64,000 nt of DNA from Bythopirellula sp. GTDB lineage: Bacteria > Planctomycetota > Planctomycetia > Pirellulales > Lacipirellulaceae. Where the stretch lies: positions 4,832,001 to 4,896,000 of the forward strand of contig OZ244170.1 in NCBI GenBank assembly GCA_965216565.1. Direction: 5' to 3'. How positions within the stretch are numbered: position 1 is the first letter of the stretch; each line of letters begins with the position of its first letter. The notes below the pieces were generated by a model. It was given only the letters and a program-made list of their open reading frames with translations, had not been told where the DNA came from and did no database searches. Of the stretch, positions 10,111 through 19,942 are shown piece after piece. Position numbers and translations under genes: made by a program.

Positions 10111-12741
10111 CTATTGTTCGACAATTGTCCGATAGTTGAGCACGCGATTGCCGCCCTGTTCTTCGACGCGGAGCCAGAGCTCTTGTCCAACTAAACTCTG
10201 AGCATCCGGATACCGGTAGGTCTTGATATCGACACTACTCGTCAGGCGAAAAACGTGCATCCGCTGACGCCGACGGCCCGATGCATACAGCAGGCACTTG
10301 AAGTCGACAGGCTCGGCGCCGTGATTGACCATCCGCTGCTCCACGACCAAACCTCCGTTTTCTTCCATTCGCGTATGTAACTCGAGTTCGATGTTCCTAT
10401 CGCCCACAGTGACTTCGCGATAGACGCTAAACTTGTATTGGCGATCGGCTGCCAATTCGAAATCTGCCCGTAGCGGAGCAATGCCGCTTACCGCATTGAA
10501 AGGCAACATGATTTGAAACGGACGCTTGGCTTTTTCCCCAGCACCTAATTTGAAATCAACTTTAGTGGGGAGTATCTGCCAGCCCTCAGGGCCAACAATT
10601 CGCACGTTGCCACCCGCACCTTGTGGGTAGGTATTAGTGATTTCAAGATCATTCGGATGACTGGAACCGAAAACGCTAGGAATGTTTGGATTGAGGATGT
10701 GGGCTGCCATTCGCCAACGTGCCACGTGGGAATTCAGCCCAACAATAAATTGGGGCAAGTTGGCTACCTGGATGACTTGGCGGTGTCCTTCTTGGCGAAG
10801 CTCTCGCTTGCGGCCCCAAACGTCGACAAGTTCCACATCGTCGCCAAGGTAGATCTTTTCGGTGGTCGCCGATCGATTCCATAAAGCCATGATCACTTGA
10901 CCATCGTCCGATTCAAAGATGCGATTTTCGCTCCCCGCGGGCATTCGAACTTGCCCAAGGTAACGAGCGCCGCTCAAAAGAGCTGAGGTGGTCCGCCAGG
11001 GCAGCAGCAATTCACCGGGAGTTCCTTCGTCGGTCATGATCCCGCGAAGGTCATCAAACGGTCTGTCAATGAAGATGCCTTCGGCGCCATGAATCTTGGC
11101 AGCAATCATCTGCTCCACTAAATCCCGGGTCCGCGTTTCGAGCGTGTAATGATCTCGATCTAGTGGATCGACCAAGATCCACCGTGCCAGATTCCTGCGA
11201 CGTGGCATTCGCATGTAGTTCTCGATCTCGGCACCCGTGAAGGAGGGGCTCACCGAGTATTGTTGGAATTCCCAGGAGGGACGTGCCTCCGAGGTAGTGT
11301 ATTTGGTCCAAGGCCAACCAATACCCAAGCTGATATCCTGCCCAAACCGGAACATATATCCGCGTAGCTTTTCGATTTCTGCCTCAAGCTCGGGAAAATC
11401 GGAGAAGCTGGTATCGTCGTCCACGCCCAATTGCCACCAGCGGACGCGTAGGGACAGCCTGGTTAACACCTCGTCGAGCGAAGGCAACCAAGTAGAGGGA
11501 TCTTCGCCCGTTAGCAAATCTGCGATTGTGATATCCGCGGGAAGCTCCCGCCCAAAATCTATATCTTCCGGAGGTCGGTCCAAAACGCCGACCACATCGA
11601 TATCCTTAGCAGCCAACTTTTCGGTGAACTCAACCAATTGTTCGCCACGCTCGGGCTCCGACTCGCCATACCACACCGGTAGCTTCACCCAATTAACGGC
11701 AACGCGGGGCAGCAGCTTTTCTAGGTTGTTAAACGATATGGGAAGCTCGTCCCCGGCTAGCGACCAACCGAATTCGCCCTGGCTCTTGTGAGCCAGCGGA
11801 GGAACGACGGCGATCGAAATCACGTGGGCCTTCAGCGTGCCTCGCGCCGTTTGCATGGAAACACGCACGCGGTAGAACCCAGATCCCTTGATAGGTGGTC
11901 GCCAATGAGTACTACCAGCGTATCCCTTAGGGCGTTCTTTCGATTCGTTGATAATGTCGGAAGCTTTACTCAATCGTTCGGTGATTAACCGCCCGTCGAG
12001 TTGCACGGTATCGTCGTCGAGTCGTCCGCTACTGGCATCGAGTAGTTCGAAGCGAATATCTGGATCTTGCTCTAGAATGCCTGACAGATCGCAAGTGACC
12101 ACCACATGTTTGGGGTCGGTATAAACATTGAACGGACTATTGGTTCGAACGGCCATACGTGGCAAGCGGGCAAACCAGATATCGTCCAACGAGACTTTGC
12201 CCGTCAAGTCAACTTCTTCGCCCTCTTCCACAACGAGTGCAATCTGCGCCAGACGCACGCCTGGTTTCGTGATGCTGACTGGGCCGATCCGCAGGTTGGT
12301 CCATTTGCCTGTATTGCCATACCAATCGCTCTTGTACGACTGCAGGACATTCCGCTCTGGGCTATCGTCGCAAAAGTCTATCCGCAACTGGGCCCGACTG
12401 CCGTTGAGATTTTCGGTCTTGAGCCGAGCATCGACCACGTAGCTAAACTTGTCGGTGACCCCCACCGTCGGGCTTGTGAGGAGTGCCCCGCCGCCATTCA
12501 GGTCGACTCTTAAGCATCGACCTTCGACGGCTTGGTGATCGTCGACCAGTTGCACTTCCACATAGTGGGGCTTGCCAGGACCAATTTCCCGACGCCATTG
12601 GTCGGGCCAGAGATCGTAATTGACGTCCCGCTCCGGACCAAAGCTGTAACTAAAGATCTCGACAGCATCGACATGCCGATTCTCACTGGCGGGAGCCGCC
12701 AGAACAGATAGAATCATCAGCAACGAGGGCAGGGAGATCAT
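10111..12741 (-). CDS. Secreted 876-aa hypothetical protein (CBM-like, possible TIM-barrel and Ig-like domains)
   Basis: N-terminal signal-like segment; CBM-like ending VSLDDIWF; Ig/NEW3-like GPEGWQILP region. Function not assignable. Confidence 0.65.
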   Translation of the reverse strand: MISLPSLLMILSVLAAPASENRHVDAVEIFSYSFGPERDVNYDLWPDQWRREIGPGKPHYVEVQLVDDHQAVEGRCLRVDLNGGGALLTSPTVGVTDKFSYVVDARLKTENLNGSRAQLRIDFCDDSPERNVLQSYKSDWYGNTGKWTNLRIGPVSITKPGVRLAQIALVVEEGEEVDLTGKVSLDDIWFARLPRMAVRTNSPFNVYTDPKHVVVTCDLSGILEQDPDIRFELLDASSGRLDDDTVQLDGRLITERLSKASDIINESKERPKGYAGSTHWRPPIKGSGFYRVRVSMQTARGTLKAHVISIAVVPPLAHKSQGEFGWSLAGDELPISFNNLEKLLPRVAVNWVKLPVWYGESEPERGEQLVEFTEKLAAKDIDVVGVLDRPPEDIDFGRELPADITIADLLTGEDPSTWLPSLDEVLTRLSLRVRWWQLGVDDDTSFSDFPELEAEIEKLRGYMFRFGQDISLGIGWPWTKYTTSEARPSWEFQQYSVSPSFTGAEIENYMRMPRRRNLARWILVDPLDRDHYTLETRTRDLVEQMIAAKIHGAEGIFIDRPFDDLRGIMTDEGTPGELLLPWRTTSALLSGARYLGQVRMPAGSENRIFESDDGQVIMALWNRSATTEKIYLGDDVELVDVWGRKRELRQEGHRQVIQVANLPQFIVGLNSHVARWRMAAHILNPNIPSVFGSSHPNDLEITNTYPQGAGGNVRIVGPEGWQILPTKVDFKLGAGEKAKRPFQIMLPFNAVSGIAPLRADFELAADRQYKFSVYREVTVGDRNIELELHTRMEENGGLVVEQRMVNHGAEPVDFKCLLYASGRRRQRMHVFRLTSSVDIKTYRYPDAQSLVGQELWLRVEEQGGNRVLNYRTIVEQ

Positions 12742-12811
12742 TGAGCTTTAGGCGAGGGAATGGCTGCAGGGAACGCTATTCCTAGCAGCATTGGGAAGGG
12801 GAATTTAGTTC

Positions 12812-13594
12812 GTGGTAGGATTTCGGATCGCGGCGCAGTTAACAGGCTTTGCGCAACCCTTCAAGAAAGCATTGCACACCGTCGCGCAAGTGGGGTGCGA
12901 TGGGGTGCAAATTGATGCCCGAACAGACCTGCGTCCGGCGGAGTTATCGGAAACTGGGCTTCGACAACTGCGGAAGATGCTGGATGATCTGAATATGCGG
13001 GTTGGATCCGTGGCCTTCCTCACCCGCCGTGGACTCTCTAGCAGCGAGCAACTCCAAGAGCGGGTGGACGCCACCATCGGTGCGATGCGCTTCGCTTCAG
13101 ACCTGGGAGCCCGCATTCTTGTCTGCACCCTGGGTTCGCTCCCTGAATCTGAAGCCGCCTCAGAACGTATCGTCTTGGACGACGTGCTGCAAACTCTAGC
13201 TAGCCATTCGCATCGGCTAGGGGTTCGGTTGGCAGCCCAAGCGGCAAGTGTTTCCCCTAGCGTGTTGCGCGACTTTGTCGATTCGCTTCCGGAAGGAACT
13301 CTGGGGCTCGATCTACACCCTGGTCAGCTCCTAGCGCACGGAAACTCGCCGCGTGAGTTTGTCGAAGTGGCGGGCAAATACATTAGTCATCTGCATGCGG
13401 TCGATGCGGTGCGTGACTTATCGACTGGCTCCAGCGACGAAGTTCAACTCGGACGAGGAACGGTCGACTTTCCCGAGATACTAGGCATGCTTGAAGAACA
13501 TGGCTATCGCGAATGGCTCACGCTCGAACGCCGCCACGCCACGCAGCCGGTCGAAGAAATGCAGTGTGCGGTGCAGTATCTACGATCGCTGTAA
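12812..13594 (+). CDS. Sugar phosphate isomerase/epimerase (xylose isomerase-like TIM barrel)
   Basis: GCDGVQID, HLHAVD, LGRGTVDF, GYREWLTLE. Confidence 0.85.
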   Translation: MVGFRIAAQLTGFAQPFKKALHTVAQVGCDGVQIDARTDLRPAELSETGLRQLRKMLDDLNMRVGSVAFLTRRGLSSSEQLQERVDATIGAMRFASDLGARILVCTLGSLPESEAASERIVLDDVLQTLASHSHRLGVRLAAQAASVSPSVLRDFVDSLPEGTLGLDLHPGQLLAHGNSPREFVEVAGKYISHLHAVDAVRDLSTGSSDEVQLGRGTVDFPEILGMLEEHGYREWLTLERRHATQPVEEMQCAVQYLRSL

Positions 13595-13630
13595 GAGTTC
13601 CGCGGGCGAGGACGCCGCGGCTCTCGCTGA

Positions 13631-13853
13631 GAAACCCCCTCACCCCAGCCCTCTCCCCTGTCGACGATGGGTTTCGAGTAGATTCGGTGGGGAAAGTTCA
13701 ATCGAAGTTCGGGGGAGAGGGGGCAACGTGCGCTTCACTTGTAAGCAAGCGAAGCGCCCAAGGCTCCCTCTCCCCGACCCAAGTACAAACAAGTTTTCAT
13801 TTAAAGCGTTACTAAGTATTCCCTAGGGGAGAGGGCTGGGGTGAGGGGATTTC
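13631..13853. repeat. REP-like doublet: 29-bp terminal inverted repeats enclosing two long-loop hairpins
   Basis: GAAACCCCCTCACCCCAGCCCTCTCCCCT (13631-13659) vs AGGGGAGAGGGCTGGGGTGAGGGGATTTC (13825-13853), one mismatch; internal GGGGGAGAGGG and CCCTCTCCCC arms. Lies between convergent genes. Confidence 0.85.
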
Positions 13854-13906
13854 AAAATTAGCCAGAGTTTCGGCTGCGAACAAATATTGCTTCAGCGTAC
13901 CTACGC

Positions 13907-16111
13907 CTATTCTGTCTCCAGACTGCTTTGGAGTTGACGATATTCCCCCGACAGCCAACGCTCCAGGTCGGTGCGATACCAGCGCGAGAAACGGCTTTCG
14001 CTGGCTCCGCCGGGCAGGTTGGTCCAGGCTTCGTCCTTCGCCATGTCGGTAACAAAGTGATAACTCGGGGCGAAGCTTGATTCCCGAGTTGCCGTGGTTA
14101 ATAGATGCCCTTGGAACGGAGTTGCTTGGCAGCCGGGCATGCCTTTCTTTGACGAATGAAATCCTAAGAGTCGTCCTACTCCAGCTTTCTCAAAAAACCG
14201 GTTGGCGAAGTGAAAGGAATTTGTCTCGCCCCAAGGTACCGATTCCTCCTCGGCGGCGCGCTCCGCTGCCTTGTGTATCATCTCTCCCTTGTTACGTTCT
14301 TGCCACCAACCTGACTCGTCTTTCAGCAACAACCGATCGAGGGCTTCGAGGACCATCGATGAGTATCCCAAGCGGGTACAAAGGTAAAACATTCGCCGCC
14401 AGCCAATACCTTCCTTATGCCCAAACACTTCCAGCAGTACGTGTTTATAAAGCTGCTGAAACATTGTGGCGGCGTGGCTATCGACCGTGTAGCGACAATC
14501 CCACTCCGAGAGCAAGTCGCGCAACGCTCCCTCAGGCATATGAGGGAGAAAAACGGGTAGCAGCAGTCGCGCCTGGATACTGGTAACGTCGTATTGTAGG
14601 CCCTGCATGTCCTCGACAGTGGCCTGGTGCATTTCGTGCAAGCGCTCGGCGATCCGCCATTTGCGATAGCCTGGTAGTCCGTGGCAATGGATAAGCTGCT
14701 CGTCGGCTCGATCGAGACTTTCGTTAGCGCTGCATAGATAGCCCTCTGGGGGATCGTAAAGGCTCGGCAAGCTTTCCGAAGGCTGCCTGCCCTGCCAATG
14801 ATAGTCCATCTCCCAAGCAGGTGTTGGCAATAGGCCCGACTCGTTTTCGGCGCGTCGAGGCAACCACCCACTGGCCTGTCGACCGATGTGTCCTTGGTCG
14901 TCGGCAAACACCCACACTAGCGTCGGATGAGGGTTGTCGCGCACTACATCCATCGCTTCCCGCGTGCTTTGGCTCTTGATTACGTCGAGCCAACAGCCCA
15001 GTGATCGGCCGGCACCTTCATCGCTGCCAATCCATTTTGCCGAGAGGTACTTGCCCGGTTCGTGACCTGTGAGGTCCGTCCGCATGGTGCCTTGTGGATT
15101 CTCGTACACGTGCATTACTTCCGACTTGGCTGATTTGCAGAGAATTTCTTCTTCTCGCACTTCAAAGTCATGCCACTCAGAGCCGCGCCGATATTGCCAG
15201 GAACCCTCCTCCGCCCTTCGGCAATCCTCAACAAAGTAATCGCTTGTGTCTGCATGGAGGTAGGTAACACCCCAAGAGAGTTTCGCCGTGCGACCGACTG
15301 CCAGCAGCGGGCAACCTGGGAGTGTAGCGCCCATGGCATACTTGCCTTCACCCCAGTTCAGCACCACCTCGTACCAAATCGCAGGAAGTCGGTTGACCTC
15401 CAAATGCGGATCGGACGCCAACAGCGGTTGTCCGCTGGCGCTACGACGTGGACCGACTGCCCACGCATTGCTGCCAGCCAAACGTGGTAGGTCCGCCAGC
15501 ATTTCTAATGCATCGTCGGAGAGTTGCCGTTCGAAGTTAATTTCTCGCAGCGGTGCAAAATCGATATCGTCCAAGTACGGCGTCATCAATTCTCGCAACA
15601 ACTCGTCGCGGACACTGCTTTGTACCAACTCGAGCATGATGCGTTCGTTTTCTTGGGCCGCCACCGCCAAGCCGGCAAAACTCAGTAGATTTCCGATTGA
15701 AAGAACAGCTTCGGGGTTCCAAGGTCGCGGGTGAAATCCGGTGACCCACATCGTGAGCGAACGACCAGCAGCTTGAAGTCCATCGTTAACGCCTTCGCAG
15801 TAGTGCTCGAGTTGCTTGCGTGTGCTCTCGCGCAAATTGCCAACTTCGTGTTCTAGATTCTGGTGCAAACCCGCGCGGCGGAAAAATCGGTCAGTCTCGA
15901 CCAATTCGGGTTTGTTGGCTATCCGCTCCGCAGCCTGTCCCATAGCGACCGTCCTGGCGAAGAAGATCTGGGTCGGTCGATCTAGGGCGTGCAAGTAACC
16001 TAGGGCATACAGAGCGTCTTCCCAGCAGTCGGCAGATACATGGGGCGTCCCTCCCGCATCGCGTACCGCCTGAAAATTCACCGGCGCACTGCTCGTATCG
16101 ATTGATTCCAT
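13907..16111 (-). CDS. Penicillin acylase family (Ntn hydrolase)
   Basis: GTPHV, GYLHALDR, catalytic GSNAWAV, LASDPHL, NLPGGAS. Start at ATG 16111 inferred from an AGGA RBS. Confidence 0.92.
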   Translation of the reverse strand: MESIDTSSAPVNFQAVRDAGGTPHVSADCWEDALYALGYLHALDRPTQIFFARTVAMGQAAERIANKPELVETDRFFRRAGLHQNLEHEVGNLRESTRKQLEHYCEGVNDGLQAAGRSLTMWVTGFHPRPWNPEAVLSIGNLLSFAGLAVAAQENERIMLELVQSSVRDELLRELMTPYLDDIDFAPLREINFERQLSDDALEMLADLPRLAGSNAWAVGPRRSASGQPLLASDPHLEVNRLPAIWYEVVLNWGEGKYAMGATLPGCPLLAVGRTAKLSWGVTYLHADTSDYFVEDCRRAEEGSWQYRRGSEWHDFEVREEEILCKSAKSEVMHVYENPQGTMRTDLTGHEPGKYLSAKWIGSDEGAGRSLGCWLDVIKSQSTREAMDVVRDNPHPTLVWVFADDQGHIGRQASGWLPRRAENESGLLPTPAWEMDYHWQGRQPSESLPSLYDPPEGYLCSANESLDRADEQLIHCHGLPGYRKWRIAERLHEMHQATVEDMQGLQYDVTSIQARLLLPVFLPHMPEGALRDLLSEWDCRYTVDSHAATMFQQLYKHVLLEVFGHKEGIGWRRMFYLCTRLGYSSMVLEALDRLLLKDESGWWQERNKGEMIHKAAERAAEEESVPWGETNSFHFANRFFEKAGVGRLLGFHSSKKGMPGCQATPFQGHLLTTATRESSFAPSYHFVTDMAKDEAWTNLPGGASESRFSRWYRTDLERWLSGEYRQLQSSLETE

Positions 16112-16238
16112 CTTCCTGAGTGTAGGCAACTGGCCGTCATGTGCAACGTGCAATTCAAGTCTACAGGCGGCGCAAGAAACTGAGCTTGCTACAATAATCT
16201 CGCACTTCGCTGTCATTGTCCTCCACACAAAAGCCGAG

Positions 16239-17198
16239 TTGCCGGTGAGTCGATCCCATATTGCCCTGCGACAAACCCCATTGGGAACCGGGTTGTTGAT
16301 GATCGCGCCCTGGCTAGTCGGCTTTTCGGTGCTGGTGGTCTATCCCTTTGCTGCCTCGCTGTATTGGAGTTTCTGTCGCTACGATTTGCTCGGCGAGCCA
16401 CGCTGGGTGGGACTGGCCAACTATCGACGGCTGGCGAGCGAAATCGTCGATGGCGGGCCCTTCGCCTGGGCGTTAGGAAATACACTGTACTATGCACTGC
16501 TGAGCGTTGGGCTCTCCGTCGTGCTCGGGATTACTCTAGCCGTGATCCTCTCTTGGGAGGTTCGCGGTCGGAGCGTATTCCGGACGCTTTGCTTTCTACC
16601 CTCAATCGTCCCTACCGTGGCCGCGGCTGTATTGTGGATGTGGCTCCTGGATCCGCAGCAGGGTCTTGTGAACGGGGTGTTCGAATCGCTGAACTTACCC
16701 GGCCAAGGATGGTTCCAGAGCACCAGCGCTGCGATTTGGCTTCCTGAATGGCCTGCCGACCATGCAGGGCGCATCTTCGGTTCGAAGGATGGTCTGGTGC
16801 TGATGAGTCTGTGGGGGATCGGCAACCTGCTTATCATCTATCTCGCCGCGATCGGCGACATCCCTCATCAACTTTATGAGGCTGCCGAAATCGATGGTGC
16901 GCGGCGCTTCAGACAATTTTGGCACGTGACGCTGCCAATGTTGACTCCGGTGATCTTCTTCAATGTGGTCATGGGGCTCATTCAGTCGGTGCAGGCCTTC
17001 ACTCAAATCTATCTAGTCAGCGATGGCCAGGGTGATCCTGCTGGTTCGACGTTGACGTTGTCGTTGCATTTATTCCTCGCCGCGTTCAAAGACTTGGAGA
17101 TGGGCTACACCTCGGCGATGGCCTGGGTGTTGTTCGTCCTGGTGATGTTGGTAACTATTTGGTTATTCCGCACCTCAAAACACTGGGTGCATCAGTAA
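16239..17198 (+). CDS. Carbohydrate ABC transporter permease
   Basis: WVGLANY, EAA loop LYEAAEIDGA, HVTLPMLTP. Confidence 0.93.
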   Translation: MPVSRSHIALRQTPLGTGLLMIAPWLVGFSVLVVYPFAASLYWSFCRYDLLGEPRWVGLANYRRLASEIVDGGPFAWALGNTLYYALLSVGLSVVLGITLAVILSWEVRGRSVFRTLCFLPSIVPTVAAAVLWMWLLDPQQGLVNGVFESLNLPGQGWFQSTSAAIWLPEWPADHAGRIFGSKDGLVLMSLWGIGNLLIIYLAAIGDIPHQLYEAAEIDGARRFRQFWHVTLPMLTPVIFFNVVMGLIQSVQAFTQIYLVSDGQGDPAGSTLTLSLHLFLAAFKDLEMGYTSAMAWVLFVLVMLVTIWLFRTSKHWVHQ

Positions 17199-18635
17199 AT
17201 GAAGACTGACAGTGGAAAAACTCCTGAGCCGACGGCGCTAGCCGCGGGTCCTTTAGTGTCAGGATTGTCACCGATACAACCTGCGGCTAGAGCCGTCGGT
17301 TCAATACTCAAGGCCAATGTTCTTCCCACGATTGTTCTCATGCTATTCGTTTTCAGTGCAGGTTGCGGACAGCAAGCCGTTAACGAGCGAGAAGAGGTTC
17401 TGTTCTGGCACTTCTGGGGTGGCCGCGATCGGCCGATTGTGGAGCGAATCGTCGATGACTTCAATTCGTCGCAAGACAAGTATGTGGTCCGTGCGATTGC
17501 CATGCCAGGATCGAATCTTGATTTGAAATTCTTCCTCAGCGTCGCTGGTGGTGATCCACCCGACTTACTGAATCACGATGATCCAGTGGTCGCCGACTGG
17601 GCCCATCGCGGTGTACTGACGCCATTGGACGAAATCGCAAACAAAGCTGACATTGCTGAGCTTGAAGAATGGCTTTACCCAGCGGCGCGTGAACTGGGAA
17701 CCTACGAGGGACGGCTCTACGCACTATGCAACGGGCTCGATATTCGAGCACTTTACTGCAATCAGACATTGCTCGATGAGCACGGCTTGAGTTTGCCGGA
17801 GAGTACCGAAGACTTGGATCGCATCGCCGAGACAATTGCGCCGGCCGATGGTACGACAAATCGCAAGCGGATGGGTTATCTGCCCGATCCGAGGCGAATT
17901 TGGGCCTGGGCTATTGTCTTCGGCGGAGGCTTTGCCGATCTTGATTCCAAGGATCCTCAGGCGATGGTAACTGCCGAGCATGACAAAAACGTAGCGGCGC
18001 TGGAGTGGATGGCGAGCTACAGCGAACGCTACGGGCCGAGCGAACTGGCGGCGTTTCGCTCCGGCGAACAAGCACTCACGGGATCGCGATTTCCGCTTTT
18101 AGCGGACCGCCGTTACGCGGTAGTGATGGACGGTCAGTGGCGTGTGCGAGACATAGCGGCAGCGGCCGATGAAGACTCGGACCAGTTTGCGGTCGTTCCG
18201 CTGCCACCGCCGCCTGGGGGCCTTGAGAACGCCGGCTGGGTGAATGGCAACTTCTTTGTGGTCCCCCGGCAAGCTCGTCAGAAACAAGGGGCCTGGGAAT
18301 TTATGAAGTTCTGGACAGGTTTTCAAGCGGGCGAGGCGCGTGCCGCCGAAGCCTGTGCGGAAGGAGGTTGGATCCCGGCTTCCAAGAACGTCGTTGAGCA
18401 TGATGCTTATCAACAGGCAATTAAGAAATGGCCCCTGCTTGAGACGTTTGTCGAACTTGCTGAGAGCACAAACCAAAAACCGGTGCCATCGCTGCCAGTG
18501 GCTTCGCTCTATTATCAAGAGGTGATTGATGCTGCACAGTCAGTCATGTATCGCGGGGCGGATGCCCAGGAATCGCTATCACGAGCGGCAGCTCGCACCC
18601 GCGCTCGATTGCGGGAGGTACTAGATGAGCCGTAA
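17199..18635 (+). CDS. Carbohydrate ABC transporter substrate-binding lipoprotein
   Basis: Lipobox-like FSAGC, FWHFWGG, GDPPD, MDGQW. True start may lie downstream. Confidence 0.88.
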   Translation: MKTDSGKTPEPTALAAGPLVSGLSPIQPAARAVGSILKANVLPTIVLMLFVFSAGCGQQAVNEREEVLFWHFWGGRDRPIVERIVDDFNSSQDKYVVRAIAMPGSNLDLKFFLSVAGGDPPDLLNHDDPVVADWAHRGVLTPLDEIANKADIAELEEWLYPAARELGTYEGRLYALCNGLDIRALYCNQTLLDEHGLSLPESTEDLDRIAETIAPADGTTNRKRMGYLPDPRRIWAWAIVFGGGFADLDSKDPQAMVTAEHDKNVAALEWMASYSERYGPSELAAFRSGEQALTGSRFPLLADRRYAVVMDGQWRVRDIAAAADEDSDQFAVVPLPPPPGGLENAGWVNGNFFVVPRQARQKQGAWEFMKFWTGFQAGEARAAEACAEGGWIPASKNVVEHDAYQQAIKKWPLLETFVELAESTNQKPVPSLPVASLYYQEVIDAAQSVMYRGADAQESLSRAAARTRARLREVLDEP

Positions 18636-19449
18636 GCTGCCTCCGCAAACCGCGTACGTATGGCTGACCCTGACAGCGGGGCTGATGATCGTTCCGCTGC
18701 TCTGGATGGTGCTCACATCGCTCAAAAGCAGTCAGCAAATCGCTGCGGAACCGTTCGCTTGGTGGCCCGAGCCTTGGCAGTGGCAAAACTATGTACGGGC
18801 CACGACGGAGATTCCGTTTCTGCGCTACTTAGGAAATTCACTTCTACTGTGTGCGGGAAGTGTCGTTGGGACAGTGGTGTCCTGCTCGCTGGTGGCTTAC
18901 GGTTTCGCCCAACTGAGATGGCCGGGGCGCGATCTGTTGTTTGCTGTGCTAATTGCCACGATGCTATTGCCCTGGCAAGTAACGATGGTGCCGCGGTTTC
19001 TAATTATTCGTGAACTTGGTTTGTACGACTCTTTGTGGGCATTGATTTTGCCGAAGTTTCTCGGAGAAGCATTTTACATTTTCCTGCTCCGCCAGTTCTT
19101 TTTGACGATTCCAAAAGAGATGATCGATGCCGCACGGGTCGACGGGTGTTCGGAACTGGGGGTCTTAGTCCGAGTGGTGCTGCCACTAGCCCGCCCTGCC
19201 CTGGCCACGGTTGCACTCATTGAATTTATCGCAGCCTGGAATGACTACGGCGGGCCCCTGCTTTACCTGAACGATCCCGAGAGATTCCCGCTGGCCTATG
19301 GCCTGGAACAGTTTGTGAGTTCTCACTCAAGCGAGATGAATCTCCTGCTGGCGGCGGCGACGTTGTTCACACTACCTGTCGTAGTGCTGTTCTTTTTAGC
19401 GCAACGAACGTTTGTGCGCGGAATCGCTACGACGGGGCTCAAGGGATGA
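18625..19449 (+). CDS. Carbohydrate ABC transporter permease
   Basis: IFLLRQFFLTIPKEMIDAARVDGC, WNDY, QRTFVRGIATTGLKG. Confidence 0.93.
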   Translation: MSRKLPPQTAYVWLTLTAGLMIVPLLWMVLTSLKSSQQIAAEPFAWWPEPWQWQNYVRATTEIPFLRYLGNSLLLCAGSVVGTVVSCSLVAYGFAQLRWPGRDLLFAVLIATMLLPWQVTMVPRFLIIRELGLYDSLWALILPKFLGEAFYIFLLRQFFLTIPKEMIDAARVDGCSELGVLVRVVLPLARPALATVALIEFIAAWNDYGGPLLYLNDPERFPLAYGLEQFVSSHSSEMNLLLAAATLFTLPVVVLFFLAQRTFVRGIATTGLKG

Positions 19450-19942
19450 ATATGAGACCGCACAGCGCACCCAACCTCTGGTTAGAAAGCGCGAGGAGCG
19501 AAAGAGAGAGACTAGCGAAAAGACGCTTACTTCTTGCGATGACGAATTTTGGCACGCATGCGGCGCTTTTTGCGTCCCACTTTGCGGCGACCTTTACCTG
19601 TTTTCTTAGTACCCAATTGTTACTCCAAATGTGTTATAGAACCAGCGCTGCCCACGTCCACTAGGCCAGGGGCGAGAATCAGATGTAGCCCTATAGTTTA
19701 CCAGTTAATGGCCATATGTCGCAAGCGGTTATAGGGCCGAACTTTAGGGAGATCCTGGCCTGTGAGCTCATTTTTGGAGTATGGCGACACGATGACAAAG
19801 TGACGTCCCCGTCTGGCTATTGCTTGTATCAAACGGCGGGTGTCGCCAGGACGATTGCTTGTGCTTATTATTTGCTTATGGAAAAGCCTGATACCTCAGA
19901 GAGCCAACCTCGAACTGTAAACGGGAGTGAGACAAACAACCG

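Noticed and set aside
13631..13853. CRISPR array or IS element
   Set aside because: Repeats are inverted and few; no cas or transposase gene in the window.
16239..19449. ABC transporter lacking an ATPase as a defective operon
   Set aside because: Carbohydrate ABC systems commonly share an MsiK/MalK-type ATPase encoded elsewhere.
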